DNA of 64,000 nucleotides, from positions 14,818,001 to 14,882,000 of the forward strand of contig NC_043020.1 in NCBI RefSeq assembly GCF_006345805.1, in the 5' to 3' direction. Made by a program: the position numbers and the translations under genes. This document shows positions 37,928-51,708 of the stretch, piece after piece (position 1 is the first letter of the stretch; each line of letters opens with the position of its first letter). This DNA is from Octopus sinensis (lineage: Eukaryota). Under the pieces are notes generated by a model. It ran no database searches, was not told the origin of the DNA, and saw nothing but the letters and a program-made list of their open reading frames with translations.

Positions 37928-38216
37928 ACTAGCAGTATCGCCCAGCATTGCTCGGGTTTGTAAAGGAAATAACTATATAAGCATTTTAGAGAGTTACTTC
38001 CCTTATATAAACCGAGCAAAAAATGCATTAAAATAACGGAAAAATTATGGTAATTTTTTTTTTAGATCGTAGATTCATCGTAGACGCGTGCTAATACCCA
38101 GAAGGGTTCGATATGAATCACGACTATAAGATACTAGCTTTTGGTTAAACTGCACCGCAAAATGTGGGAGTAGTTGGGAATCAAAATCGGAGGAGACAGA
38201 CTCTCACACAACTTCA

Positions 38217-38225
<9 letters not shown>
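37928..38225 (+). mobile_element. Helitron/Helentron-like non-autonomous element
   Basis: 5' ACTAGC...CCCAGCATTGCTCGGG subterminal hairpin, 3' GACAGAC...AACTTCAGTTTTATATA into (TA)n; longer copy at 57050-57521(-). Confidence 0.65.
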
Positions 38226-38255
<30 letters not shown>

Positions 38256-39629
38256 ACATTTCACATCAGTGACACGTTATCTCTAGTCTTTCTTTTCTGC
38301 TCACAAATGGCTGATCTTGTGCTACCTCAGGTATTCCTCTTCTCTCCTCACCCATATTTCTGGACCCCATCCCATGCCTCCCACACTAACCACTTTTTCC
38401 TGTATCTCCTCCTTAGAAGATCAGTTTTCTGAAATCCCTTCCTTATACATGCTTTATTTTTTTTTGTTTCCCTGCAGCTTTCAACCACAGGAACTTCACC
38501 AAAGGCGTTGCAAAAAAAAAAAAAGAAAAAAAAAACAGACAATGGACACAACCCATCCTTCTTCCAGATTAAACTACTACAAAAAAAAAAGAAGAAGCAA
38601 TTATCAGTTCATTTCCATAAATAAATTAATTATATCTAATGAGTGTTTTGAGAAAGGGGAGATGAGGTTCTAGTGAGCAGAATTATCTTACTTGTATTGC
38701 TGGCCCTTTTAGGAAAAAAAACCCTGATTCTTAGAACGCAACCCAGCCTCTCCTCAAGTTTTATAATAATAATAATGATGAAATTATTGTATACAGTGCT
38801 CAGGTGCACCACAACTTGTCAAAAGTGCGTATAAAGCACATGCAGTAATGTACAAATGTCTGGAAAGCGAACAATGTATGAGTCAGATACATGCTTGTGT
38901 GTGTATGGAGGGGAGGAAATCAGGTGTAGTGAATCTCAGGAAGCATGGAAGTTTTGAAGGATGTAGTGCTCCGACAACTAACAACTGATGCCGGCAGTTT
39001 GTTCCATGCTTCAGTAACTCTTAGCGTGAAAAAATGTTTCTGAAAGACGTGGGAGCTGTGCTGTTTTTATTTTATAGACACACACATTCATTTGGGAGAA
39101 TGTTTAATGTTTTGAAAGGTACAGTCTCTGAAAACATGCTGGCATTCTAAAAGCAAGGTAAAATCTGCTCTGGCAAACATAATCCTGGATGGAAGATGAA
39201 GCTCAGAGAGAGCCTGCAGAATAGTGAAATGTAACTACAACAGCAAAAGCGGCAGCAGAGCTGAAACCATCACCTTACTAACTCTGTATCAACCAGAACC
39301 ATTCATTGTGAGTTCCATAAAGCTGGATACCATAAAAAGGCTGCAACTGCTAAACCTCTCCTGTCTTCCATCAACATTGATAAATAGACAGAAATGGTGT
39401 CTAGAATATCAGAAATGGTCAATGGAATCATGTCATCTTTTCTGATGATTGACAATTCATCCCTTTTCCTCTGCTCTGGGGTGAATTTGTCTGCTTAGGA
39501 AATCAGATAGGCTACACATTTTAAATTACTTAGATACAGATATATGGAAAAATTAAAAAAAAAGATAAAAAGCAATAACAGTGCAATATCATGAAATACA
39601 AGGCATACATAATGCATATGAACACATAT

Positions 39630-40035
39630 ATAAACTAGAACAGTTTTGAATTTGTCATACTTTAATAAGAAGAAGAGCCCTCAGAGAGCGCAAACCTCTG
39701 CCAAGGCAACACCAACGTCCTCTCAAAGATTAGCCAGAAATGATTTTTTAAATGAGAATATCTTAAATAAACTCGACTGCTCTCACAAGCGAAAATACTA
39801 AAAATGAATCTGACTGCTCTCAAAAATTAAGTGAAAAAACCCAGTAAAATAATCCAGTATCCTAGTCTGGTACCAGACCGATCCCAAAATCTAATCAGTT
39901 TGTGCCAGTCATGAGGCCAAACATCCCTGAAAGTTTCATCTGAATCCATCCAGCATTCCTTGAGATATCTTGTCCATGGACAAACAAACATGACTGTAAA
40001 CAATACCTCCATCTTTGCTAAGGTGGAGATAAAAA
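39630..40035 (+). mobile_element. Helentron/HINE-like element
   Basis: 5' AACCTCTGCCAAGG and 3' hairpin CTCCATCTTTGCTAAGGTGGAG; internal AAATCTAATCAGTT...GTTTCATC..AATCCATCC block typical of such elements. Confidence 0.55.
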
Positions 40036-40169
40036 TAGTTAAATAAGATGGCATTTCCATTATTTTGTCCAAACCCTGTGTGTGTATGCTTGTGCGTATA
40101 CACACATACACATATCATATCTATATAGGGAGAGAAAGACAGACAGAAAGAGAGAGAGAGATTGTTTAC

Positions 40170-40232
40170 CTTAAAGATGTACATGCTTTGAGCAATAACT
40201 GGGTCTTTGTATTTGAGTGATTGAGCAATGTC
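40170..40232 (-). CDS. PHYHD1: PHYHD1 exon (DIAQSLKYKDPVIAQSMYIFK)
   Basis: TTACAG|GAC...AAG|GTAAAC, 63 nt; QSMYIFK signature. Confidence 0.95.
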
Positions 40233-40381
40233 CTGTAAGAAAATGAAACAAAATTGATCTAAAATTACAAGAAAGTAAATTGATTTCTTTATGCATGTAA
40301 AAGTGAATGTCATTAACTGCACATACAAACAGAAATTCTTTGGTGTTCAAGCTTTTTATTAAAACTTCTGTAATTTAAGTG

Positions 40382-40645
40382 AACAATTGCAGCGTGGAAG
40401 GTGTTTGTAAGCCATTTAAGAAACACACAAAAGCCGTTCGATTCACTTCAACATTTAAGTTTAATTTGTCAAAATATTTTCGTCGCTTTAAAACCGCGAC
40501 CTGTTCACTGACAAAAATCCGTGCTGCATCTGATTTTAAAGCAAGGAAAATATTTTGACAAATTAAACTTAAATGTTGAAGTGAATCGAACGGCTTTTGT
40601 GTGTTTCTTAAATGGCTTACAAACACCTTCCACACTGCAATTGTT
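40382..40645. repeat. Foldback element with 100-bp arms (1 mismatch)
   Basis: Arms 40382-40481 and 40546-40645; the ORF track shows the same peptide on both strands. Confidence 0.93.
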
Positions 40646-41496
40646 TTCGTTTCAGCACACGATCTCAGATCAAATCACCTGCTATGCAAGTACATCTCCG
40701 AAATTTAAGTGAAGTGATATGGATATGGGTATGTGGGCATTTGAAAATATCCCACAAAGTGAAGACTGGACCCTAAATAGTTATGGGCTACCCTTTGGCA
40801 AGGCATAGCAGCCATTCAGCCACCCTGCTAGGGATATTGTGAAGTCAAGGGACTGCAGCATGGTGGATTGTGAAGAGGAAGCAGAAGAGCTCAACTGAGC
40901 CAATATTGCTTCTTACATTGAAGCTGAGCAGAGGGATCCTAGATCACGTCAGGATTACCAAGAGGGTAACTGCAATGAATCCATAAGGGAAGGGTTGTGT
41001 AACCAGCTAATGAAAGATTCAAAAGCACAATAAATGACATTGAATTCTGTGATGAATTTAATGTACAGTTAGGTGTCCATTAGAACTGTGTCTTGTCAGC
41101 TTCTTTCTATTTATCTTGACAACCGTGGACATATTTACAAAGTCAGAAAACAGCACAGCTCCCATGACTTTAGGAAACATATTTTCATGCTGAGAGTTGC
41201 TGAAGCATGGAACAAACTGCCGGCATCAGTTGTTAGTTGTTGGAGCACTGCATCCTTCAAAACTTCCATGCTTCCTGAGATTTACCAACACTGCACCTGG
41301 TTTACTCCCCTCCATACACACACAAGCATGTATCTGACTCATACATTGTTTGCTTTCCAGACATTTGTACATTATTGCATATACTCTGACAAGTTGTGGT
41401 GCACCTGAGCACTGTATACAATAATTTCATTATTATTATTTTAACAGGAACATTTAAAACTGGACTTATCCCCTTGACATAGCACAGTTAACTTAC

Positions 41497-41552
41497 CTGA
41501 ATCTTCTTACTGAAGGTGACTTTCTCAAAAGCAGGATTGAGCAGGTGTAAAG
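41497..41552 (-). CDS. PHYHD1: PHYHD1 exon (ALHLLNPAFEKVTFSKKIQ)
   Basis: TTGTAG|CT...CAG|GTAAGT, 56 nt. Confidence 0.92.
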
Positions 41553-43304
41553 CTACAAAATAAGGTGAGACAAAGTAACACAATGAAAATAACAACCAAA
41601 ATTAGTTACATGAATTCAAGAATAAGAATATATATATGTAAATATACATTTGCGTGCACATATACCTTTGCTGATATGAAAAGGAAAGACTCCCTTTGGT
41701 CATGAGGCAAAAGTCTGGGCAAGGTTGTTTATAGAAGATCAGCAGTCGCCCATGCATACCAGCCTCCCCTCTCTGATGTAATCCAAGGGAAAGGCAAAGG
41801 CTGATACAGCTTAGCAGCAGTGATGTTGCAACTTATTTCTACAGCTGAGTGAACTGGAGTAGTATGAAATAAAGTGTCTTGCTCAAGAACACAACAGACA
41901 GCTGGTCCAGGAATTGAACTCACTACCTCATGATTGTCAGCCTGACACCCTAACCACTGAGCCATATGCCTTCATTAAGATGAAGACATATGCATATACA
42001 ACGATATGAAGGCATGTGCATATACACATATACATGTGCGTACATGTACAGATATACATACATGTCTGTGTGAGTGTGAGTCTGTGTGTGTATATGTGTG
42101 GTTAAGGTGAAGCAATTTCTGTTTGAAAGCAGGGTGAAGAGCTGTTACAGTTGCAATTGGTAGGGTTAAGTGCATGTGCAGTTGCATATATACATATGTT
42201 TATAGATGTAGATGGCCCCTTTTAGAGACATATAAGGATGTTCTAGTATCTAATTTATAACGAAAGAAAAACCTATACCAGTCAAACCCCTTAAAAAAGA
42301 AAATCATTTTAAAATCTCTGAAAAGAAAACTCCAACATTAATTTTGATTTCCCTCTGACTGACACTGTCACAAATCAAACTGGTATTTTCTATGGAGTGG
42401 CTGTGTGGTAAGTAGCTTGTTTGCCAACCACATGGTTCCGGGTTCAGTCCCACTGGGTGGCACCTTGAGCAAGTGTCTTCTACTATAGCCTCAGGCTAAC
42501 CAAAGCCTTGTGAGTGGATTTGATAGACGGAAACCGAAAGAAGCCCGTCATATATATGTATATATATATGTATGTGTATGTGTGTGTGTTTGTGTGTCTG
42601 TGTTTGTCCCCCGAGCATTGCTTGACAACCGATGCTGGTGTGTTTATGTCCCCGTCACTTAGCAGTTCGGCAAAAAGAGACTGATAGAATAAGTACTGGG
42701 CTTAAAAAAGAATAAGTCCCGGGGTCGAGTTGCTCGATTAAAGGCGGTGCTCCAGCATGGCCGCAGTCAAATGACTGAAACAAGTAAAAGAGTAAAAGAG
42801 TATTCGTGTATGAACACTAAACAGCAATCACTAACCTATAACAAAGACTGTTCCCTAATGCTATTTTCAGACAGAGTTTATCTAAAACTATATCATCCAA
42901 TGCAAGGTAGTGGATTAGCAGTCATCAGGCAAATGGATATTTTGTGCTCTGAGTTCAAACCCTGCCATGGTCAACTGTGCCTTTAATTTTTTTCAGGGTC
43001 TATAAAAAAAGTAACAATGCAGGGGATGGATTGGCAGAATTGCACAGTGAGGGTCAGGTGAGATGTCAAGAAGCATCTGTGTTTGCTTTGTGTGTTCAGG
43101 TAGTAATGGCTATAATGACACTGGTGCCAAACTGGGTTGACCCAGGTTGACAGCTTTTCACCTGGATAAACATTGGTGGCATGCAAAGGGAAGACTTGTA
43201 TGTATGGGCAAATGCTAGTCTTCCTTAGAGAATCTTGCTTAAGCTTGCACATACCTGTGTGATTTTGTGGTCAACACTGACTAACAGAGGCCTGATATCA
43301 TCCA

Positions 43305-43925
43305 ATGCCTTGTCTTCAGCCTCGCCTGGCCTTCGTGCTGGTGGCACGTAAAAAGCACCATCCGATCGTGGCCGTTTTCCAGCCTCATCTGGCACCTGTG
43401 CTGGTGGCACGTAAAAAGCACCATCTGATCGTGGCTGTTTGCCAGCCTCATCTGGCACCTGTGCCGGTGGCAAGTAAAAAGCACCATCCGATCGTGGCCG
43501 TTTGCCAGCCTCGTCTGGCACCCGTGCCGGTGGCAAGTAAAAAGCACCATCTGATCGTGGCCGTTTGCCAGCCTCATCTGGCACCCGTGCCGGTGGCAAG
43601 TAAAAAGCACCATCCGATCATGGCCATTTGCCAGCCTCATCTGGCACCTGTGCCGGTGGCAAGTAAAAAGCACCATCCGATCGTGGCCGTTTTCCAGCCT
43701 CATCTGGCACCTGTGTCGGTGGCAAGTAAAAAGCACCATCCGATCATGGCCGTTTGCCAGCCTCATCTGGCACCCGTGCTGGTGGCACGTAAAAAGCACC
43801 ATCCGATCGTGGCTGTTTGCCAGCCTCATCTGGCACCTGTGCTGGTGGCACGTAAAAAGCACCATCCGATCGTGGCTGTTTGCCAGCCTCGTCTGGCACC
43901 TGTGCCGGTGGCACGTAAAAAGCAC
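43305..43925 (+). repeat. 63-bp tandem array (~10 units) inside a family C element (43290-44075)
   Basis: Line-to-line shift of 3 nt on 60-nt lines; translates as a 21-aa periodic peptide. Confidence 0.95.
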
Positions 43926-45450
43926 CCACTACACACATGGAGTGGTTGGCGTTAGGAAGGGCATCCAGCCGTAGAAACATTGCCAGATCTGACTGGGCTT
44001 GGTGCAGCCTTCTGGCTTCCCAGACCCCAGTTGAACCGTCCAACCCATGCTAGCATGGAAAGCGGATGTTAAACAAATGTGTAATTTGAGGAAGATTTGG
44101 TTACTATTTCTAGGAGATTGAGCTACTAGAGAGATTCTGGTTAATTGGCTTCTCTTCAACAGTTGCCTGGTCAACTAAAGAAGGCCATTCAGCAGTAAAA
44201 GTATTTATACCATAGAGAAATAATCTCCAAAAACTGCTGATATCTTTCTGGTATATTGGCTCAAGGGATAAAAATAAAAATCTAAAAGACAAAAATAGGG
44301 CTCCATTTTTATAATAATGAGGGAGAGGAGGGAAGAGAAAGAGAGGGGGGAAGAGAGTGAAAGATTGAGAGGAGAAAGGGAAAAAGAGAAAAACAGAAGA
44401 GGGAGATAGTGACAGAAAGAAAAAAGAGAAAGAGACAGTGCATGTGTGTGTGTATGTTAGACTTAAGGTTAATTTACTCATCTAATTTGGTTTCAAATTT
44501 TGGCACAAGGCCAGCAATTTTGGGGGAGGAGAAAAGTCAATTTCTTCAGCCTCAGTGTTCAACTGGTAAGTCAACCTCAGTGGAATATTTACTTATCTAA
44601 TATTCTTTTCTACTCTAGGCACAAGGCTCGAAATTTTGGGGGAGGGGCCAGTCGATTAGATCGACACCAGTATGCAACTGGTACTTAATTTATCGACCCC
44701 AGAAGGATGAAAGGCAAAAATCGACCTCGGCGGAATTTGAACTCAGAACATAAAGACAGACGAAATACCTATTTCTTTATTACCCACAAGGGGCTAAACA
44801 CAGAGGGGACAAATAAGGACAGACATAGGTATTAAGTCAATTACATCGACCCCAGTGCGTAACTGGTACTTAATTTATCGACCCCAAAAGGATGAAAGGC
44901 AAAGTCGACCTCGGCGGAATTTGAACTCAGAACATAAAGACAGACGAAATACCAGTAAACATTTCGCCCAGCGTGCTAACATTTCTGCTAGCTCACTGCC
45001 TTTTAACATATCTAATATTGACCAGAGTCGAGGCGCATTGGCCCAGTGGTTAGGGCAGCGGACTCGCGGTCATAGGATTGCGGTTTCGATTCCCAGACCG
45101 GGCATTGTGAGTGTTTATTGAGCGAAAACACCTAAAAGCTCCACGTGGCTCCGGCAGGGGATGGTGGTGATCCCTGCTGTACTCTTTCACCACAACTTTC
45201 TCTCACTCTTACTTCCTGTTTCTGTTGTACCTGTATTTCAAGGGGCCAGCCTTGTCACTCTCTGTGTCACGCTGAATATCCCCGAGAACTACGTTAAGGG
45301 TGCACGTGTCTGTGGAGTGCTCAGCCACTTACACGTTAATTTCACGAGCAGGCTGTTCCGTTGATTCGGATCAACCGGAACCCTCATCGTCATAACCGAC
45401 GGAGTGCTTCCATCCATTGACCAGAATATTTATAAGGAATAGTCACTTAC

Positions 45451-45498
45451 CATGACCTATTTTATTGACTGACAATCGAGGAATTGCTTTTAATTTTC
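45451..45498 (-). CDS. PHYHD1: PHYHD1 exon (GKLKAIPRLSVNKIGH)
   Basis: TTTCAG|GA...G|GTAAGT, 48 nt; NKIGH(ALH) motif. Confidence 0.92.
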
Positions 45499-46860
45499 CT
45501 GAAACAAAAAAACAGAAGTTTGATAAAACGTTAATATTTTGGTAAATATTTTTCATAAGTCTCAATCCAGTCCAAATAAAAACATTTAAAAAATTTTATT
45601 TCATTACTTACATGTAAATTGTATACCTAGCATTTCATATAAATACATTCCTTACACCTGTTATCATTTGTCTCTTTCTACAGGTGTAGGAGTGGCTGTG
45701 TGGTAAGTAGCTTGCCTACCAACTACATAACCCTTGGTTCAGTCCCACTGCATGGCACCTTTGCCAAGTGTTTTCTACTATAGCCACAGGCCGACCAAAG
45801 ACTTGTGTGTGGATTTGGTAGAGAAAAACTGAAAGAAGCCTGTCATATGTGTGTGTGTGTGTGTCCCCAATATCGCATGACAACCGATGCTGGTGTATTT
45901 ACGTCCCCATAACTTAGCAGTTCAGCAAAAGGGACCAATAGAATAAGTACTAGGCTTACAAAGAATAAGTCCTGGGGTTGATTTGTTCGACCAAAGATGG
46001 TGCTCCAGCATGGCTGCAGTCAAATGACAAACAAATAAAAGAATATATATATATATCCGATCGTGGCCATTTGCCAGCCTCGTCTGGCACCTGTGCCAGT
46101 GGCACGTAAAAAGCACCCACAACACTCATGGAGTGGTTGGCGTTAGGAAGGGCATCCAGCCATAGAAACATTGCCAGATCAGACTGGGCCTGGTGCAGCC
46201 TTCTGGCTTCCCAGACCCCGGTCGAACCGTCCAACCCATGCTAGCATGGAAAGCGGACGCTAAACGATGATGATGATAATGATGATATATACATACATAT
46301 ATATAAGCATAAGCATGGTTGTGTGGTCAAGAAGTTTGTTTCCCAACCGCATTGCTTCAGGTTCAGTCCCACTGTATGACACCTTGAACAAGTATCTTCT
46401 ACTATAGCCTACCATTTGGTAGATAGTAAGTGAAAAAAGTCTGTTATGTGTATGTACATATGTGTGTGTGTGTGTTTGTGCCTCCTTGTCTTGACCTCGT
46501 ACAACACTTGTAAACGAGGCTCACTGCCACACAAGTGAGGTGGTTTGTTTCTAGTTTTCTGTGAAAACATATCTGGCTAGAGGGAAATGTTACCTTGCTT
46601 GGAAACAGGGAAGAGTTAGTGACAAGAAGGGTGTCTAGTCACAGAGACTCTGCTTCAATAAATAATGTCTTATTTATGCAGGTATGGAAAAGTGAACATT
46701 GAAACAATGATGATGATGATGATGGTTTGACAGAAGCCAGCAAGACCAGGAGGCACAAGAGGTTCCAAAGTCTGTTTTGACATGTTTTCTACTGCTGAAT
46801 GCCCTTCCCGATGCCAACCATTTTGCAGAATGTACTAGGTGCTTTTTATGTGGTACCATG

Positions 46861-46895
<35 letters not shown>

Positions 46896-47447
46896 AGGTC
46901 ATCTCAGATTCTATAAGTCAGAAAAAAACTTGTACTTGTATATTTATCAAGAGAGTGGATATATTAATCAGAGTGTAAACTGGTTATTAAACCAGTTTAC
47001 ACCAGATGTTAGATAATAGTTACGTAATACCTCATGCTTGCTTGAGCAAGCAGATAAGGGAAAAATATAGCTACTATTCTCCATTATTGAGGTGAAAATC
47101 TGTGCTGTAATCTAACATCCAGTTTAATACCCCATGAGAAAGCAAATGGTAAGATCAGCTGTAATAGACATATAATACTAAACACTTTGAATAATATATA
47201 TGTAATTAAATAATATCAGATGCCATTGAATATTAACTGGATATATTTCAAATGTCTGAGATGGATCATCTCTCTTGTGATCAGACACTTTTTCAACTGA
47301 ACACATTACAGCTGTAAGGCATTATAACTGAAGATATCACATTTTGTGATGTTACAACAAAAATCATCACATTTGATAACATTTGTTCATTCCACAGCAT
47401 CTGGTGACATGATATTGTAAGAGAAGACATCTGGTGATGTTATAGAT

Positions 47448-48163
47448 CAGGAGTTCCCAACCATTTTTTTATCTTTGGACCCCTTTGATTACTATTTTAT
47501 TCTGATGGACCCCCATAGCCATTTGATGTCTAAAAATTAGCTTCTCGCTTTTTTCTCTTTTTACTTGTTTCAGTCATTTTGATTGCAGCCATGCTGGAGC
47601 ACCGCCTTTAATCGAGCAACTCAACCCCGGGACTTATTCTTTGTAAGCCCAGTACTTATTCTATCGGTCTCTTTTGCCGAACCGCTAAGTGATGGGGACG
47701 TAAACACACCAGCATCGGTTGTCAAGCAATGCTAGAGGGACAAACACAGACACACAAACATACACGCACATACATATATATACATATATACGACGGGCTT
47801 CTTTCAGTTTCCGTCTACCAAATCCACTCACAAGGCTTTGGTCGGCCCGAGGCTATAGTAAAAGACACTAAGCAAGCTACTTATAGAAACTTTATAGAAA
47901 CTTCTTTATAGAAGCTTTATAGAAACTTCTTTCAAAATTCCCTATTTTGTTTTTCACACATCAACTTGTATAGATTGAACTATGTAAAATGTTAGTGAAA
48001 GAAACCTAATTGTTTCTTGCAATACATACCAATCCATAGATCTAAAGAAAAATTTTTCAGGGGCTCTTAAAATTGGATCCCTAATTTACTAATCTGTTAC
48101 ATGGACTCCCCAAAATTTCATTTGGACCCTCAGGGCCATATGGAACCCAGTTGAGAACCACTG
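47448..48163. mobile_element. hAT (Charlie-like) MITE with a nested, 5'-truncated SINE A (~47550-47870, minus strand)
   Basis: TIRs CAGGAGTTCCCAAC / GTTGAGAACCACTG; 8-bp TSD TTATAGAT / TTATAGAA. Confidence 0.82.
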
Positions 48164-48365
48164 TTATAGAATGAAAACATAGTAATAGAAAACATCAAAT
48201 TTGGTAAAATATAACAAGACATAATCTCTAATGATGTTATGAATATAAGACATTATAACAGAAGACAGGAGACCTGGTAAGGTTACACAATAAAACAAAA
48301 AAACATCCCATCTGGTGATGTTACAAATAAATAGATTTAAACCTTTGACACTTAATTTTACATAC

Positions 48366-48444
48366 CATCATCTTTTAATCCTCCTTTTTCATAGAAGAAA
48401 CGAATCTTGTCACCACTTGTTAAAAAGTAATCATCAGTTCGCTT
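48366..48444 (-). CDS. PHYHD1: PHYHD1 exon (KRTDDYFLTSGDKIRFFYEKGGLKDD)
   Basis: TCACAG|AAG...G|GTATGT, 79 nt; DYFLxSGDKIRFF signature. Confidence 0.95.
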
Positions 48445-48769
48445 CTGTGAAATAAAATTTTAATTATTCGCAATAATCTAATTTATTCAAATTATTTATT
48501 ATTTTTCAGCATTTGTACAAAATTCAAAAAGAATTTATTTGCAAAAAAAATTTTTCAATTTTTCTCCTCTTCTTCCATCACTCCCACCACCATTGCCACA
48601 TCTGCCGCCACCGCCACCACCACCACCACCACCACGTATCTTTTGCTAATGTATACTAATAAGTAAACCAAAACAAGAAAACTGTGCTTGTCACATGAAG
48701 TCCCTTGTAATATTTGTTCTCCAGTGAGTTACAAATACTTCCTTGTCACTCTTGCCATCAAAAATACAC

Positions 48770-49631
48770 TAGGAGTGGCTGTGTGGTAAGTAGCTTGTTT
48801 ACCAACCACATGGTTCCGGGTTCAGTCCCACTGCGTGGCATCTTGGGCAAGTGTCTTCTACTATAGCCTCGGGCTGACCAAAGCCTTGTGAGTGGATTTG
48901 GTAGACGGAAACTGAAAGAAGCCCATCGTATATATGTATATATTTATATATATGCGTGTGTGTGTTTGTGTGTCTGTTTGTCCCCCCTAGCATTGCTTGA
49001 CAACCGATGCTGGTGTGTTTATGTCCCCATTACTTAGCGGTTCGGCAAAAGAGACCAATAGAATAAGTACTGGGCTTACAAAAGAATAAGTCCCGGGGTC
49101 GAGTTGCTCGATTAAAGGCGGTGCTCCAGCATGGCCGCAGTCAAATGACTGAAACAACTGAAAGAGTAAAGAGTAAAAGAGTAAGAATCAGTAATTGGAA
49201 TGTTTGAAACTGGTAACCAAGGTAACCAACTTTGTAATCCAGATGGTCCGAGGACTGCATCATGATCCAGTATCTGCTTTGGTATGGCTTCAATAGCTGG
49301 GTTGGCATCAGGAAGGGCATTCAGCAATAGAAACTATGCCAAGGCAGATACTGGAGCATGTTGCAGTCCTTGGACTCATCAGGTCCTATCAGACTGTTCA
49401 GCCCATTGCAACATGGCACTACGTCAGTTATGATGACGAGGATTCTAGTGGGTCTGATCAACAGAACAGACTGCTTGAGAAATTAATGTGCAAGTGGCTG
49501 AGCACTCCACAGATACTCTCTACTCTTCTTACTCTTTTACCGAACCACTAAGTTATGGGGACGTAAGCACACCAGCATCGGTTGTCAAGTGATGTTGGTG
49601 GGGACAAACACAGACACACAAACACACATAT

Positions 49632-49668
<37 letters not shown>

Positions 49669-49828
49669 AATATATACGACGGGCTTCTTTCAGTTTCCGT
49701 CGACCAAATCCACTCACAAGGCTTTGGTCAGCCCGAGGCTATAGCAGAAGACACTTGCCCAAGGTGCCACGCAGTGGGACCATGTGGTTCGTAAGCAAGC
49801 TACTTACCACACAGCCACTCCTACGCCT
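48770..49828. mobile_element. Inverted pair of SINE A copies (48770-49185 +, 49520-49828 -)
   Basis: Same family in opposite orientations, ~335 bp apart. Confidence 0.85.
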
Positions 49829-50719
49829 TACATATACCCTTAACATTGTTTTTCGTGAAATTCACCGTAACACAGAATGTGAGAGGGCTGGCTCTTTGAA
49901 ATACAGGTCTTTCTCATTTTTGCCAGCTAAGTGGACTGGAGCAACATGAAATAAAGTGTCTTGCTCAAGGACACAACATGTTGCCGGAAATTGAACTCAC
50001 AACCTTACAATTATAAGCTGAATACCCTAACCACTAAGCCATGCGTTTTCACTACCAACACAGAACATAGATGTTAAAAGATGACGATGAGGATGTGCTA
50101 TTGCTTAGAAATTGTGATCATCATCATCATCATCATCATCATTTAGCGTCCGCTTTCCATGCTAGCATGGGTTGGATGGTCCAACTGGGGTCTGGGAAGC
50201 AAGAAGGCTGCACCAGGCCCAGTCTGATGGTGCTTTTTACGTGCCACCAGCACAGATGCCCGTCGGGGCGGCGCTGGCAACGGCCACGTTCAGATGGTTC
50301 GCTTACGTGCCACCGGCACTGGATACAAAGTTAAATCAACAAGCAATGTCCAAGAGAAGGATGGAACGATCAAGGCTGGACCACCTTTCATCTTAGGTCT
50401 GCGAGAACAAAGCTGACTTAGGGTTGAACAACAACAACTAGATGGACTAGTTCAGTTAGAATCTTCAAGGAACAGTGTATGGTACCAGTGTGATGGATTC
50501 CGTCCCATCCAGTGTTCAGGTAGCTGACTGACACTGTGATAGCCTCACACACTGCAACTTTATTTCATACAAACATGTAAAAAAGTAAAGACTCTCTTTA
50601 GTCATGAATGATCGTAGGATAGCCCCTAGAAAATTACCCACTGATGTACAAATCCAGGCAAAGTTGTTTATGGAAGACCAACAGTTTATGGAAGACCAAC
50701 AGTTTATGGAAGACCAGCA

Positions 50720-50890
50720 GGTGCAGGAGTGGCTGTGTGGTACGTAGCTTGTTTACTAATCACATGGTTCTGGGTTCAGTCCCACTGCGTGGCACCTTGG
50801 GCGAGTGTCTTCTACTATAGCCTCGGGCCGACCAAAGCCTTGTGAGTGGATTTGGTAGACAGAGGCTGAAAGAAGCCCATCATATATATG

Positions 50891-50950
<60 letters not shown>

Positions 50951-51646
50951 TGTGTGTGTGTTTGTCCCCCTAGCATTGCTTGACAACCGATGCTGGTGTG
51001 TTTATGTCCCCGTTACTTAACAGTTCGGCAAAAGAGACCGATAGAATAAGTACTGGGCTTACAAAAGAATAAGTCCCGGGGTCGAGTTGCTCGATTAAAG
51101 GCAGTGCTCCAGCATGGCCGCAGTCAAATGACTGAAGCAAGTAAAAGAGTAAAAGAGTAAGAGAGTCACCCATGCATACCAGCCTCCCTTCTCCATCCCA
51201 CCAATGTTATCCAAGGGAAAGGGAAAGGCCGATACAGCTTGGCAGTAGTGACATTGCAACACATTTCTACAACTGAGTGAACTGGAGGAACGTGAAATAA
51301 AGTGTCTCGCTCAAGAACACAACACACAGGCTGGTCCAGGAATTGAACTCACTATCTCATGATTGTGAGCCCAATGCTCTAACCATTGAGCCATGCACCT
51401 TCACTAACATGTAAAAACATGTAAATAAATGTTAAAAATGACATCCACAAAGACAAATTACTCTTTTTTTTTTTTACCTTTTTACTTGTTTCAGTCATTT
51501 GACTGTGGCCATGCTGGAGCACCACCTTTAGTCGAGCAAATCGACCCCGGGACTTATTCTTTGTAAGCCCAGTACTTATTCTATCGGTCTCTTTTGCCGA
51601 ACCGCTAAGTGACGGGGACGTAAACACAGACACACAAACATACACG

Positions 51647-51708
<62 letters not shown>

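Noticed and set aside
43305-43925. 63-bp array as a CRISPR array or a zinc-finger/His-Cys protein
   Set aside because: No unique spacers (units are contiguous near-copies), eukaryotic context, no cas genes; C/H spacing does not fit C2H2, and all three frames are open for arithmetic reasons.
45027-45100. tRNA-like sequence with A and B boxes (also 31077 and all SINE A heads)
   Set aside because: No acceptor-stem pairing or clean anticodon arm, and it runs into a SINE body; a SINE head, not a tRNA gene.
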